A DNA stretch of 64,000 nucleotides from Alphaproteobacteria bacterium (GTDB lineage: Bacteria > Pseudomonadota > Alphaproteobacteria > SP197), in contig OZ245842.1 in the NCBI GenBank assembly GCA_965228895.1, positions 160,001-224,000 on the forward strand. Direction: 5' to 3'. The notes under the pieces were generated by a model, which saw nothing but the letters and a program-made list of their open reading frames with translations, did not search any database and was not told the origin of the DNA. The first letter of the stretch is position 1. Each line of letters starts with the position of its first letter. The translations under genes were made by a program, and so were the position numbers. Positions 44,282 through 54,518 of this stretch are shown here, one piece after another.

Positions 44282-45921
44282 GAAAACAGTGGTGGGCGCA
44301 GGACGCCTAGATCGAGGTTGCGCTCCATCGCCATGGCCAGCTCGATCAAGCGGCCGTCATCATAGAGCTTGCCCCACAGCACCGAACAGTGGGGCAAGTC
44401 GTGGGTCGCCTTCGATCGGGCGGCAGCTGGCGCGTAGCTGTCATTCTTACGCGGCGCGACACCGGACGGCACGGCAATCGCCGGATGGCCCGTGCAGTTG
44501 GTGATGGTCAGAAGCGGCGTGCCTTCGGGCGGCGCCAACAGCGCATCGACCTGATCGTAGATATCGGCCATCGCTTCCATCGTGAGACGGCGCAGGCGCT
44601 CGGCCTGGATCAGGTCGACGGCTGAGATGAACCGCGCCTTGCGGAACTCGTTGGGCCAAGAAATGTCCGTTTGTTCCGGCAACTGCCGATCGCGTCCCGA
44701 CAACGTCAGATCTTCGAAGGCGGCAGCCGCCTCGGCGAACAGGATGGTTTCGAGGGAGTCATAAGGCAGCGGCGGAAGTTTGACTTTTTTGGTCCGGCAC
44801 CCCGCGCGCTTCAGCGCCTGAAGTGCTGCCCGGTCGCCGTCCGTGCCGACAGGCGGTTCGAGCCATTGGGGGTCATAGCCGATCACGGCACCCTCGACCG
44901 ATGCCTGCCCGTCGAAGCAAAACGGGATGTCGGTCGAGCCGGGATCATCGGCGTCATGACTGTTGAGCGCTTTGAGGATCAGCGCGGTATCCTCGACACC
45001 GCGGGTGAGCGGCCCGAGTTTGTCGAGTGACCAGCACAGCGCCATGGCGCCCGTCCGCGGCACGCGGCCAAAGGTCGGTCTGAGGCCCACCGTACCGCAG
45101 CGGTCGGCCGGGCTGATGATCGATCCCAGCGTCTCCGAACCGATGGCGAAACCGACACAGCCCGCAGCGACCGCCGCGCCCGAACCGGCGCTGGATCCCG
45201 ATGAGCCTTCGTCCAGGTTCCAGGGGTTGCGGGTTCGCCCGCCATGCCATACGTCGCCATAGGCCAACGCGCCGAGCGAGAGTTTGCCGGCAAGAACAGC
45301 ACCAGCCTCGTGCAGCAGACGCACCACGGCGGCGTCCTCTTCGGGCCGGCGGTCGACATAGGGCGGCGCGCCCCAGGTCGTCGCAACACCGCGCGTATCC
45401 AGCAGGTCCTTGGCGCCCCATGGAATGCCGTGCAGGGGACCGCGTCTGACACCCTTGGCAAGTTCGCGGTCGGCGTGGCGCGCCTGGGCCAAGGCGCTGT
45501 CTTCCATCAGCGTGACGACAGCGTGCAATTGCCCGTCAAAACGTTTCAGCCGGTCGAGATAGAGCCGGGTGAGGTCGACGCTGCTGATCTGCTTGCGTGC
45601 CAACCATCGGCTGAGCATGGTGACCGGTGCAAAGGCAATGTCGGTTTCGTCCGCCGGCAGTTTTCCGGCGCGCACGGACGAGCGGCGAAAACGCGCGCGC
45701 TCGGGAACCGGCGTGTCCGGCAGCAGTGGGTCGAACGTACAGGCCGGACTGAGCGAGTTGCCCAAGTCGACCTGACGCTGTGCCAGGGTTCGGTTGAGTT
45801 GCACGTCGAACGAGCGGACAAGCTGGTCGCGTTCGCTGGGCCGGTAACGGACGCCGGCAAGCTTCTCGGCCGCCGCGACATCGTCGACGTTGATCTTCGT
45901 GCGCCTGCGCCTTGATACCAT
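44278..45921 (-). CDS. Amidase signature family enzyme
   Basis: GPLHGIPWGAKD, GSSGSSAGS, IGSETLGSIISP, GLRPTFGRV, SLDKLGP; ATG at 45921 with AAGGAG. Confidence 0.93.
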   Translation of the reverse strand: MVSRRRRTKINVDDVAAAEKLAGVRYRPSERDQLVRSFDVQLNRTLAQRQVDLGNSLSPACTFDPLLPDTPVPERARFRRSSVRAGKLPADETDIAFAPVTMLSRWLARKQISSVDLTRLYLDRLKRFDGQLHAVVTLMEDSALAQARHADRELAKGVRRGPLHGIPWGAKDLLDTRGVATTWGAPPYVDRRPEEDAAVVRLLHEAGAVLAGKLSLGALAYGDVWHGGRTRNPWNLDEGSSGSSAGSGAAVAAGCVGFAIGSETLGSIISPADRCGTVGLRPTFGRVPRTGAMALCWSLDKLGPLTRGVEDTALILKALNSHDADDPGSTDIPFCFDGQASVEGAVIGYDPQWLEPPVGTDGDRAALQALKRAGCRTKKVKLPPLPYDSLETILFAEAAAAFEDLTLSGRDRQLPEQTDISWPNEFRKARFISAVDLIQAERLRRLTMEAMADIYDQVDALLAPPEGTPLLTITNCTGHPAIAVPSGVAPRKNDSYAPAAARSKATHDLPHCSVLWGKLYDDGRLIELAMAMERNLDLGVLRPPLFS

Positions 45922-46088
45922 GGGGTCGGGCTCCTTCGAGGTGACAGGCGATGATGGCGTGATGGCGTCAGGCAATCAAACGTCGAGGTGATGACTAGCC
46001 ACGTGGTGATCACACACGGTTTTGCGCGACTTTGCCCTAGACCGGTGCTGTTGGATAATGCGCCGTATCGCGCAAGAAAGGATCGCAG

Positions 46089-47063
46089 ATGCTGAAGTTC
46101 TATGCCGTTGACGGCGAAACCCTCCGGGTGAGTGATTTTCCGGGTGGCTCCGTCGCGCCGGAAGGCCCGATCTGGTTCGATCTGCTCAATCCGACTCACG
46201 ATGAGCGCGATACGGTTGCTGCCGCCGTCAATGCGCCGGTTCCGACACGCGAGGAGATGGAGGAGATCGAGGTCTCAAGCCGGCTTCGCGACGATGACGG
46301 TGTGCTCTATCTGACCGCCACCGTCATCAGCGGCGCCGACACCCAGGATGTCAGCAGCAGCGCCATCACCTTCATGGTGGCGAACCACCGATTGGTCACC
46401 ATCCGTTATCAGGACCCCAAGCCGTTCTCCGTGGTGTCCGACAGGCTATCGCGCCTGCATGCGGCAAGTCTTTCAGGCGAACTGATCCTGATTACCTTGC
46501 TGGATGCGGTCATCGACCGACTGGCCGATGTTCTCGAACGCCAGGGCGCCGACATCGAGGCGATCTCGCGCGATATCTTTCACTATGACAGCGACGGCAA
46601 GCCGGAGGGTCATGAGTTCGATGACCTGATCCGGCGTATCGGCAGGGCCGGCGATATGACGGCGCGGGTCCGCGAAAGTCTGGTCAGTATCGCGCGCCTG
46701 CTGCTCTTCGTTATCAACAGCCCGCAGGTGCGCGGCAAGCATGTCGGGCGCGAGCGGTTCAAGACCTTGCACCGCGACGTGACGTCACTGGCCGACCACG
46801 CGACGTTCCTGGCCAACAAGACGAACTTCCTGCTCGACGCGACGCTCGGCATGATCAACATCGAGCAGACGGGCATCATCAAGATCTTTTCGGTCGCCGC
46901 CGTCGTGCTGCTGCCGCCAACCGTGATCGCGTCGATCTACGGCATGAACTTCGAGGTCATGCCGGAGCTCGACTGGGATTTCGGCTATCCCTTCGCGCTC
47001 CTGCTGATGGTGATTTCCGCCGTGCTCCCCTACCTCTGGTTCAAGCGCAAGGGTTGGCTCTAG
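46089..47063 (+). CDS. corA: Magnesium/cobalt transporter CorA
   Basis: IEVSSRL, FLLDATLGMINIEQ, PPTVIASIYGMNF (GMN motif), MPEL, WFKRKGWL. Confidence 0.95.
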   Translation: MLKFYAVDGETLRVSDFPGGSVAPEGPIWFDLLNPTHDERDTVAAAVNAPVPTREEMEEIEVSSRLRDDDGVLYLTATVISGADTQDVSSSAITFMVANHRLVTIRYQDPKPFSVVSDRLSRLHAASLSGELILITLLDAVIDRLADVLERQGADIEAISRDIFHYDSDGKPEGHEFDDLIRRIGRAGDMTARVRESLVSIARLLLFVINSPQVRGKHVGRERFKTLHRDVTSLADHATFLANKTNFLLDATLGMINIEQTGIIKIFSVAAVVLLPPTVIASIYGMNFEVMPELDWDFGYPFALLLMVISAVLPYLWFKRKGWL

Positions 47064-47199
47064 AGCAGATCCTGTTTTGATGGATTCGCTTCGCGATGAC
47101 ATCAAGACAGGTGAATCCGCTCTACTCATCGATAAAGAGCGGATTCACATGGTTAGATGGGACCCTCAAGCGGTCCCATCTAACCATGATCCGCTCTAG
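47060..47199. repeat. 140-bp double-hairpin intergenic repeat (MITE/RIME-like), copy 1
   Basis: Ends CTAGAGCAGATC / GATCCGCTCTAG (11/12 inverted), two internal hairpins; highly similar to 61087-61226. Confidence 0.88.
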
Positions 47200-47205
47200 G
47201 CTTGT

Positions 47206-47880
47206 TCAGCCGCGCAGTTCCCAGGCGCGGTTCAAGAGGTCGTGCATGGGGCCGCGCCGGTGGCCAATCTTGTCGAGCGACGCCACGGTCTTGATCAGAT
47301 AATCGATGCACGGTCCGGCCGGGCCCTCGGCCAGGGCGATATGACGCGCCACGTCCTCGTCGTCGAGGCGGCCGGCATAACGTTCCATCTGCGGGTTGAT
47401 GGTAAAGACGATGGCCTGGACCGCGCCCTCATGGGTCTCCGCGTCAACCCAGCGCGGAATGTACGCATTGGACAACATTTCGCGGCGCCATACCCGGTCG
47501 GTTGCCTGTTCGATGTTCTCCGGCGCGATCGCCAGGGCCATGCCACGGCACGAGCCGCCGGGTTCCAGGCCCAGCATCAGGCCCGGTCGTTCCGGTGTGC
47601 CGCGGCCCAGGACGGTCCACAGACAGAAACGCCGGTGCCAGCCACGCACCAGGGCGGCGCGTGTTTCGGCGACGGTAAAATCGGGGTTCCACATCAAGGA
47701 GCCGTAACCGAACACCCAGACCGGTTCTCCCGGCTTGGCCGATCTCAAGAGGTCATGACGGGTTGCATCACGCTCCTCATCGCCCATCAAGTCGATGAGG
47801 CCGTCGTCAGAGGCCCGCTGAATGATCTCCGCAATCTCGGGCGTCCAGTAGTGGTCCGGGTTGATACGTTGCCGGGACAT
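47206..47880 (-). CDS. chaC: ChaC-family gamma-glutamylcyclotransferase
   Basis: WVFGYGSLMWNP, GWHRRFC, RGTPERPGL, WRREM, G.C.DYL. Confidence 0.9.
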   Translation of the reverse strand: MSRQRINPDHYWTPEIAEIIQRASDDGLIDLMGDEERDATRHDLLRSAKPGEPVWVFGYGSLMWNPDFTVAETRAALVRGWHRRFCLWTVLGRGTPERPGLMLGLEPGGSCRGMALAIAPENIEQATDRVWRREMLSNAYIPRWVDAETHEGAVQAIVFTINPQMERYAGRLDDEDVARHIALAEGPAGPCIDYLIKTVASLDKIGHRRGPMHDLLNRAWELRG

Positions 47881-47887
47881 GCTGCGT

Positions 47888-49381
47888 CTAAACCTCGATC
47901 GCGTCGAAGGGATAGAGCGGGCGGCGGATGTTCTTGAACGTCAGCCGGCTCGAATCGGGCGAGGCCAACGCGCCGGAATCGCAGACAATGACCTTGTCGG
48001 CGATCGGTTCGTAGGCGGCGCGGAAATGCTGCATCGACTTCAGCGCCACCGTACGCTTCTCGCGTGGGTCGATCCCATTCGTCAGGAACTGCTGCATATC
48101 GGTGATTTGGATGAGATTGGTGACGACCAGAACATCGATGCCGCCGACCCGCAACACAGCGCTGGGACCGAAGTGCTTGGTCATGCCCGCCCACATCGGT
48201 CCGTCGCAAATGTATGTGCCGTCGCCGGTGTGCACGACGCTGCCTGTAAGTTCCAAGGGCGGACCACCAAAACGGGGGTCGACCTTGCCGCCGACGTCCA
48301 ACGTCACCGTGGCGCCAGGGCCAGCCTGAACCAGGGCGGCGGCCGCCTCGCCGTCACGCACGGCGCCGAAGCAGGCATCCTGTAATCGGGCATCCAGCAT
48401 CGCCTTGAGCAAATTCGTCGCATCGCCATAGGCGCCGGCGCCGGGATTGTCGGCGTAATCAGCGATGACCAGCGGCTTGCCGTTGTAGTTGTGCTGGCGC
48501 GCGATGTCGGCGGCTTGGCCAGACGTCAGATAGGTGTTGGTGACCTCGTCGCGACGTTGCCAGATGTCGTCCATCAACGCTTCGGCCATCGCCTGATAGC
48601 GCGGATCGTCGCCGTCGCCGGTCACCAAGACCGTGGGGCCGACGTCGAAAATGTCGGAGTGATGGAAGCCCGCGTTGATCGATGTGTTGAGCACGCCCGC
48701 CTCCGCCTCGAAGCCGCGCGCCTTGGCTTGCAGGTCGATCATCGGTCCGGCATCGGTGCGCCCGCCGTCGGCGCCTTCGAACAACGGGCGGCGCGCCAGG
48801 AACGTCCTGGGCCGGATCTCGCCGGCCATGGCGCGTTGCAGCAGGTCACCCGCCTGGCGACCACGTTCGGCCATGTCGATATGCGGATAGGTCTTATAGC
48901 TGCACACGATGTTGGCGAGGTCGGCCACATCCGGCCCGACATTGGCATGCAGGTCGAAGGTGACGGCGACCGGGATGTCGTTGCCGATGATGGCGCGCAC
49001 GCGTTTCAGGAGTTCGGTTTCCGCGTCCTCGTAGCTCTCGGTCACCATGGCGCCATGCAGGGCGAGCAGCACGCCGTCGACATCGCGATTGGCCTCAAGC
49101 CTATCGAGGATCAAACCGCCAAGTTCTTCGAAAGCGTCGTCCGTCACCTTGCCGCACGGGTTGGCGAAGGCGGCGACGGTATGGATGAGCTCCCAGTCAT
49201 GGGCCTCGGCCGCGGCTATGAAACCGGCAGTCTCGCTGTTGGTGCCGGTCATCTCCCGAACGATTTCCTCGGCGCCGCGAAAGCAGAACATCTTTTCGAA
49301 GGCCGGAATGTCGGCGGGTTGGACCGAAAAGGTGTTGGTCTCGTGCATGAGCTGGCCGGCCAGCACGCGAAACTTCATCAA
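47888..49381 (-). CDS. M81 (MlrC-like) metallopeptidase
   Basis: HETNTFS, LALHGAM, DLHAN, YKTYPHID, DNPGAG, LKSMQHFRA, RRPLYPFD. Confidence 0.92.
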   Translation of the reverse strand: MMKFRVLAGQLMHETNTFSVQPADIPAFEKMFCFRGAEEIVREMTGTNSETAGFIAAAEAHDWELIHTVAAFANPCGKVTDDAFEELGGLILDRLEANRDVDGVLLALHGAMVTESYEDAETELLKRVRAIIGNDIPVAVTFDLHANVGPDVADLANIVCSYKTYPHIDMAERGRQAGDLLQRAMAGEIRPRTFLARRPLFEGADGGRTDAGPMIDLQAKARGFEAEAGVLNTSINAGFHHSDIFDVGPTVLVTGDGDDPRYQAMAEALMDDIWQRRDEVTNTYLTSGQAADIARQHNYNGKPLVIADYADNPGAGAYGDATNLLKAMLDARLQDACFGAVRDGEAAAALVQAGPGATVTLDVGGKVDPRFGGPPLELTGSVVHTGDGTYICDGPMWAGMTKHFGPSAVLRVGGIDVLVVTNLIQITDMQQFLTNGIDPREKRTVALKSMQHFRAAYEPIADKVIVCDSGALASPDSSRLTFKNIRRPLYPFDAIEV

Positions 49382-49387
49382 CTTCTC

Positions 49388-50299
49388 CTAACTGCTCTTG
49401 AGACTGCGCCAGTATTCGCGGGCGAACGCGGCATAACCGGGGATCAGCGCTTCATGCCGTGGTGCGATCTTGTGATAGGCGGCCGCCAGCGCATGGAACG
49501 GCACCGACGGAAACGTGTGATGCTCGGTATGATGGGGCATCTGCCAGGAGAGCCAACGTATCACGCCGTTGGTTTTCATGGTGCGGGTGTTCGCCAGCAT
49601 GTCGGCGGTGAATGGCAGCAGCGTGTGCTCGGCGAGCAGGTAGAACCTGAGAAACGGCATGCCGAGTACCAGCGGCAGCACCCAATAGAGGATCGGCGCC
49701 CATGAACCGGCGCTGATGGCGACCAGCGCGATGACGGCGTAGCCGGCGAGGAACAGCCGTGATTCGTGGATAACCGACTGCTTGCCGTCGTCGGGAATGT
49801 AGGGCTCGGTGACCCTGCCCAACGCGTGGCTCACGACGACCTTCGCCATCACCCACCAATAGCTTTTTATTCCCGTCAGATACCAGAGCAGTGCGCCGCG
49901 CGTGCGTGGCTTCGGCTCGCCGAGTTCCGGATCCTTGCCCTCGATCTGGGTTTCCCGATGGTGCTCGAAATGGAAGAACCTGAAGTAGGCAGGCGGCAGC
50001 ATGATGGCGAAACCGAAGACATAGGCGACCGTCTCGTTCAGCCAGCGGGACTTGAACGCCGTGCGGTGGATAACCTCGTGCAGCGGACAAAACAGAAAGG
50101 CGAGCAGGATGCCATGAATGATCATGGCGGGGACTAGAAGCCACCAGTAGGGCATCACCCACCAGATCAGCGTGCCCGTCACCAGGATGGCGAGCAGATG
50201 GCTGAACAACTGCGCCAGACCTTTCGCATCCGAACGCTCCGACAGCCGGCGCACGTCGGTGAACGAGCAGATGTCACGCCTGGCGATAAATCCTTCCAT
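49388..50299 (-). CDS. Membrane fatty-acid-desaturase family di-iron oxygenase (MocD-like)
   Basis: His boxes HEVIH, HFEHH, HTEHH plus AEH; ATG at 50299 after GAGGAG. Confidence 0.9.
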   Translation of the reverse strand: MEGFIARRDICSFTDVRRLSERSDAKGLAQLFSHLLAILVTGTLIWWVMPYWWLLVPAMIIHGILLAFLFCPLHEVIHRTAFKSRWLNETVAYVFGFAIMLPPAYFRFFHFEHHRETQIEGKDPELGEPKPRTRGALLWYLTGIKSYWWVMAKVVVSHALGRVTEPYIPDDGKQSVIHESRLFLAGYAVIALVAISAGSWAPILYWVLPLVLGMPFLRFYLLAEHTLLPFTADMLANTRTMKTNGVIRWLSWQMPHHTEHHTFPSVPFHALAAAYHKIAPRHEALIPGYAAFAREYWRSLKSS

Positions 50300-50435
50300 G
50301 TCTCCTCGGGTCAATGCGATCGGGGGCGCTATCCTGCGACGGCCCGCGCGGCCGTTCAATGACGATGACCCCATGACCCGTCCGGAGAGACGGCGTATCG
50401 TTCTGGCCCTGTGAACGCACGGAAGGGAGAGCGTC

Positions 50436-52220
50436 ATGGCCGAACGCCGCATAAAGCCGGAAGACCTGCGTAGCCGTCACTGGTTCGACGACCCCGATCA
50501 TCCGGACTCCGTCGCCATCCATGTCGAGCGTTACCTGAACTACGGCCTGACCCGCGAGGAACTGCAGTCGGGCCGGCCGATCATTGGGATCGCCCAGACC
50601 GGCAGCGATCTGTCGCCGTGCAACCGTCACCATGTGCAGCTCGCCGCGCGCGTACGCGACGGCATCCGCGATGCCGGCGGCGTGCCATTCGAGTTTCCCG
50701 TGCACCCGATCCAGGAGACGGGCAGACGTCCGACCGCGATGCTCGACCGCAACCTCGCCTACCTCGGTCTGGTCGAGATCCTGCACGGCTATCCGTTCGA
50801 CGGCGTGGTGCTGACCATTGGTTGCGACAAAACCACGCCGGCGGCGCTGATGGCCGCCGCCACGGTCGACCTTCCGGCCATCGCGCTCTCAGGCGGGCCG
50901 ATGCTGGATGCCTGGTGGGAGGGGCAGCTTGCCGGCTCCGGTATGGTGAAGTGGGAGGCCCGGAAACTGCTCGCGACCGGCGCGATCGACTATGACGGCT
51001 TCATCGACCGCGCCTGTCAGGCGGCGTCCTCGGCCGGCCACTGCAACACCATGGGTACGGCGCTCACCATGAACAGCCTGACCGAGGTGCTGGGCCTGTC
51101 GCTGCCCGGATGCGCGGCAATCCCGGCGCCCTATGCCGCCCGCGGCGCCATCGCCTATCTGACCGGCCGGCGCATTGTCGACATGGTGTGGGAAGATTTG
51201 AAACCCAGTGACATCCTGTCGCGTGGCTCGTTTCTGAACGCGATCCGCGTCAATGCCGCGATTGGCGGGTCGACCAACGCGCCTATCCATCTGCAGGCGA
51301 TCGCCCGTCATGCCGGTATCGAGCTGGAACTCAAGGATTGGGAAACCTACGGCTACGACATTCCGCTGCTGGTCGACTGCCAGCCGGCCGGCCGCTATCT
51401 GGGTGAAGCCTATAACCGCGCCGGCGGCGTGCCCGTGGTGGCAAAGGCTTTGGATGAAGAGGGCCTGATCGACCGTGATGCCCTGACCGTCACGGGCACG
51501 ACGCTCGCGGACAACGTGGCGGGCGCAGCGGCGCCCGACGGCGACGTCATCCGCGCGTTTGCCAACCCTTTGAAGGAGAAGGCGGGATTTTTGGTGCTCT
51601 CCGGCAACCTGTTTGACGCGGCGATCATGAAGACGTCGGTCATCTCAGACGACTTCCGCCGCGCCTATCTGGAAGTGCCCGGCCACGAGAACCGCATCGA
51701 AGGCAAGGCTGTGGTGTTCGATGGCGCCGAAGATTATCGCGCGCGCATCAACGATCCGGCGCTAGAGATCGACAAGCATTCGATCCTGGTGGTGCGTGGC
51801 GCCGGGCCGGTCGGGCATCCCGGTGCGGCAGAGGTCGTCAACATGCAGCCGCCTGATCGCTTAATCCGGGACGGCATCCGCGAGTTGCCGACCATCGGCG
51901 ACGGCCGCCAGTCGGGCACCAGCAACGCGCCGTCAATTCTGAACGCGTCGCCAGAGTCAGCGGTGGGCGGTGGCTTGGCGATGCTCCAGACCGGCGACCC
52001 TCTGGTCATCGACCTGGATGAACGCACCGCCAATGCGGACGTGCCGACCGAGGAGTGGGAGAAACGCAAAACCGAGATGGCGTTCGAGGTGCCGGAAAGC
52101 CAGACGCCGTGGCAGGAGCTTTTCCGAGAAAAGGTCGGGCCGCTCAGCACCGGCATGTGTTTCGACTTCGCCGTCGCCTACGACAAGGTGCGGCGTCACC
52201 TGCCGCGCAACTCCCATTAA
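50436..52220 (+). CDS. IlvD/Edd-family sugar-acid dehydratase (xylonate/arabinonate type)
   Basis: RSRHWFD, IIGIAQTGSDLSPCN, GCDKTTP, GHCNTMGTA, GGSTNA, GDGRQSGTS, C-terminal RNSH. Confidence 0.93.
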   Translation: MAERRIKPEDLRSRHWFDDPDHPDSVAIHVERYLNYGLTREELQSGRPIIGIAQTGSDLSPCNRHHVQLAARVRDGIRDAGGVPFEFPVHPIQETGRRPTAMLDRNLAYLGLVEILHGYPFDGVVLTIGCDKTTPAALMAAATVDLPAIALSGGPMLDAWWEGQLAGSGMVKWEARKLLATGAIDYDGFIDRACQAASSAGHCNTMGTALTMNSLTEVLGLSLPGCAAIPAPYAARGAIAYLTGRRIVDMVWEDLKPSDILSRGSFLNAIRVNAAIGGSTNAPIHLQAIARHAGIELELKDWETYGYDIPLLVDCQPAGRYLGEAYNRAGGVPVVAKALDEEGLIDRDALTVTGTTLADNVAGAAAPDGDVIRAFANPLKEKAGFLVLSGNLFDAAIMKTSVISDDFRRAYLEVPGHENRIEGKAVVFDGAEDYRARINDPALEIDKHSILVVRGAGPVGHPGAAEVVNMQPPDRLIRDGIRELPTIGDGRQSGTSNAPSILNASPESAVGGGLAMLQTGDPLVIDLDERTANADVPTEEWEKRKTEMAFEVPESQTPWQELFREKVGPLSTGMCFDFAVAYDKVRRHLPRNSH

Positions 52221-52275
52221 TGCCTCCAAGGCTGTGCCACGGCACTGGCCGGGCGATGCGACCAAACAAACGCTG

Positions 52276-53580
52276 CTAGAACGCGTTGATGCTGACCGTC
52301 GAGCAGGGGACGCCGGGGAAGCGACTCAGCGCTTCGTGTTTGAGGCCTATCGAGACGGCCAGCAGGTAGAGGCTTCGCGTGAAGGCGTGTTGTTGGGCAG
52401 TAGCAATGGTGTAGGCATCCGCGCCGTCGCCGGACGCCGATGCGGCGACCAGGATGTTGACGACGTCCATGGGATCGGGCCGGCCGTTCGCATCGTCGCT
52501 GATCAGACGAAGCGCCAAACCCACGTCGTGGCAGGCGATTAGCGGCGCGATATCCGGCCGGGCGAGGCCGCCGTCCAGGTGCGGTCCGGCATCATAACTC
52601 TCCAGCGCCGCGCGCGCGGCAGCGGTATCGCCCAGCATCGCATATCCTTGGGCGAGCCTCAGATGCGCTGCCGGGTTGCCCGCCGCGCCATCGCCGTTTT
52701 CCAGGGCTTCAGCCGCCGCGCGTAAGATCGCGCGGGCGCGGGCCTCGTCGCCTTGCCGTCGATAGGCATCGGCCAGCGATATCCGACCCAGCAGAGGCAG
52801 CCAGCCGGGCAAATCGTCGGCAAGGGTCGCCGTCATGTCGTGGTCGCCGGCCGCGGCGATGCCTTCGACCATGGCAAGCCGGGCGAAGGCCGCATCCGTC
52901 TCGGTCAGGCTGGCGGCCGCCACTTCCGCATCGTCGCTGTAGCCGGCGGCGGCCCACATGGCGAAGAGTGAGCCAAGCTGACGTGTGCGTTCCCACATGT
53001 CGCCTTCCATATCGTTGTGCACGATGTCCCAGGCGAGCGCGAACATGGCGCGCGCGCGTTCATCGTCACCGGTCTGGGCCAGCATGCGTGCTGAAACGAT
53101 CAAGGCGTCCGTCCGGATCTCCAGATCGCTGATCGCCAGGGCATCGGGCAGAGCGGCCGTGTCATCGGCAGAGAGAGGATCGGTGGAGAGCCATGACGAG
53201 GACCGGTAGAGGCCATCGGTCGGGTTGCCCCACAGCGCATAGGCGTCGCCTTCGGTTTCCTGAAGCCAGCCGGCAATCGACTGGAACGCGGCGTCCGGCT
53301 GACCGACCGCCGACTGAAAGCGGGGCATCAGGAAGAACGGCGCGAAGGCTTCCGACGTCAGATTGCCACCGGCCGCCAGTTCGTCCTGATAGGCGAGCAG
53401 GCTCTCGTTGAAGTCGATCCAGACCCTGCATGCCAACCCGCTCACCTCGACGCCCTGGCATAAAACGAACTGGCCGCCGGTGAGGCTATCGGCACCGGTT
53501 TCCTGAGCCTGCGTTGATGCCGGCGCGGTGGCCAACCAGACGAAGAACGCGACGAACAGGACCAAGCCGGGACGCCTCAT
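52276..53580 (-). CDS. Hypothetical exported protein, Ala-rich helical repeats
   Basis: Signal peptide MRRPGLVLFVAFFVWLATAPASTQA; TPR-like helices; fills the gap between recognised genes. Confidence 0.6.
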   Translation of the reverse strand: MRRPGLVLFVAFFVWLATAPASTQAQETGADSLTGGQFVLCQGVEVSGLACRVWIDFNESLLAYQDELAAGGNLTSEAFAPFFLMPRFQSAVGQPDAAFQSIAGWLQETEGDAYALWGNPTDGLYRSSSWLSTDPLSADDTAALPDALAISDLEIRTDALIVSARMLAQTGDDERARAMFALAWDIVHNDMEGDMWERTRQLGSLFAMWAAAGYSDDAEVAAASLTETDAAFARLAMVEGIAAAGDHDMTATLADDLPGWLPLLGRISLADAYRRQGDEARARAILRAAAEALENGDGAAGNPAAHLRLAQGYAMLGDTAAARAALESYDAGPHLDGGLARPDIAPLIACHDVGLALRLISDDANGRPDPMDVVNILVAASASGDGADAYTIATAQQHAFTRSLYLLAVSIGLKHEALSRFPGVPCSTVSINAF

Positions 53581-53639
53581 GACAGGTCAGGCCGCACGCA
53601 GACTTGAGTGCGCCTTCTGTGTTCGGCTACAAGCGCCAT

Positions 53640-54518
53640 GTGCCCGATCTCTCCCCACCCAGCTACCCGGATATTCGCTTGTCCACCTTATCAGGCTTCG
53701 TCTGGCCCGAGGGCAAGTCATGCGGCGTGACGATCGGCTGGCATGTGGATGGCGAGGCGGGGCCGATTGGTTGGGACCGTGGCGCGGTCGAGCACGTGAC
53801 GGCCATGTCCGAGGCAGCGTATGGCATCACCACCGCCATGCCGCGCATCCTCGCGCTGCACCGGGATCTTGAGATCCCGGCGACGTTCTTTGTGCCGGCC
53901 CACGTCGCCGAGCGCCATCCCGCGATGATCGATGCGATCCTGGCCGGCGGTCATGAGATCGCCCATCACGGCTACATGCACGAGAACCTGTTCGGCATGG
54001 CGGCCGAGGACCAGCGCGCGGTGTTCGCCCGTGCCACAGAGGTTCTGGAGCGTCTAACGGGTCGCGCGCCGCGCGGCTGGAGCGCGCCGGGCTGGGGTGT
54101 CGATGCGCGTACGCTGGAGATGATGGCCGAACTGGGTTTCGCCTATGACGCCAGCCTTATGGAGTATGACGTCCCGCATCTGGTCGAAACGGCCAAGGGT
54201 CCGCTGATCGAGCTGCCGACCAGCCTGGTGCTGGACGATTGGGCGCTCTTCGGCGGGTCGCTTTATCCGACCGGCAGCGCTGTCACGGCGCCCGCCGAGG
54301 ACGCGCGGCGCATCTGGCTGGAGGAGTTCGTGGGTCTGCGCCGCTATGGCGGTCTGTTCCACACCACCTTTCATCCCAACCTGATGGGACGGCCCGGACG
54401 CCTGGTCATGCTGGAGCAGCTCTTCACCGAGATGCGGGCCTACGATGACGTGTGGTGGGGCACCTGCGAAGTGGCTGCCGACCATGCGTCGACCTTCGCG
54501 GTGGGGGGGCGGTTGTGA
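53640..54518 (+). CDS. Polysaccharide deacetylase (CE4, PuuE/HpPgdA-like)
   Basis: WPEGKSCGV, ATFFVPA, GHEIAHHGYMHE, LIELP...LDDW, TFHP..MGRPGR; start uncertain (53604 or 53640). Confidence 0.88.
   Translation: MPDLSPPSYPDIRLSTLSGFVWPEGKSCGVTIGWHVDGEAGPIGWDRGAVEHVTAMSEAAYGITTAMPRILALHRDLEIPATFFVPAHVAERHPAMIDAILAGGHEIAHHGYMHENLFGMAAEDQRAVFARATEVLERLTGRAPRGWSAPGWGVDARTLEMMAELGFAYDASLMEYDVPHLVETAKGPLIELPTSLVLDDWALFGGSLYPTGSAVTAPAEDARRIWLEEFVGLRRYGGLFHTTFHPNLMGRPGRLVMLEQLFTEMRAYDDVWWGTCEVAADHASTFAVGGRL

Noticed and set aside
47888-49381. Microcystin degradation cluster
   Set aside because: M81 peptidases are widespread; mlrA, mlrB and mlrD are not adjacent.
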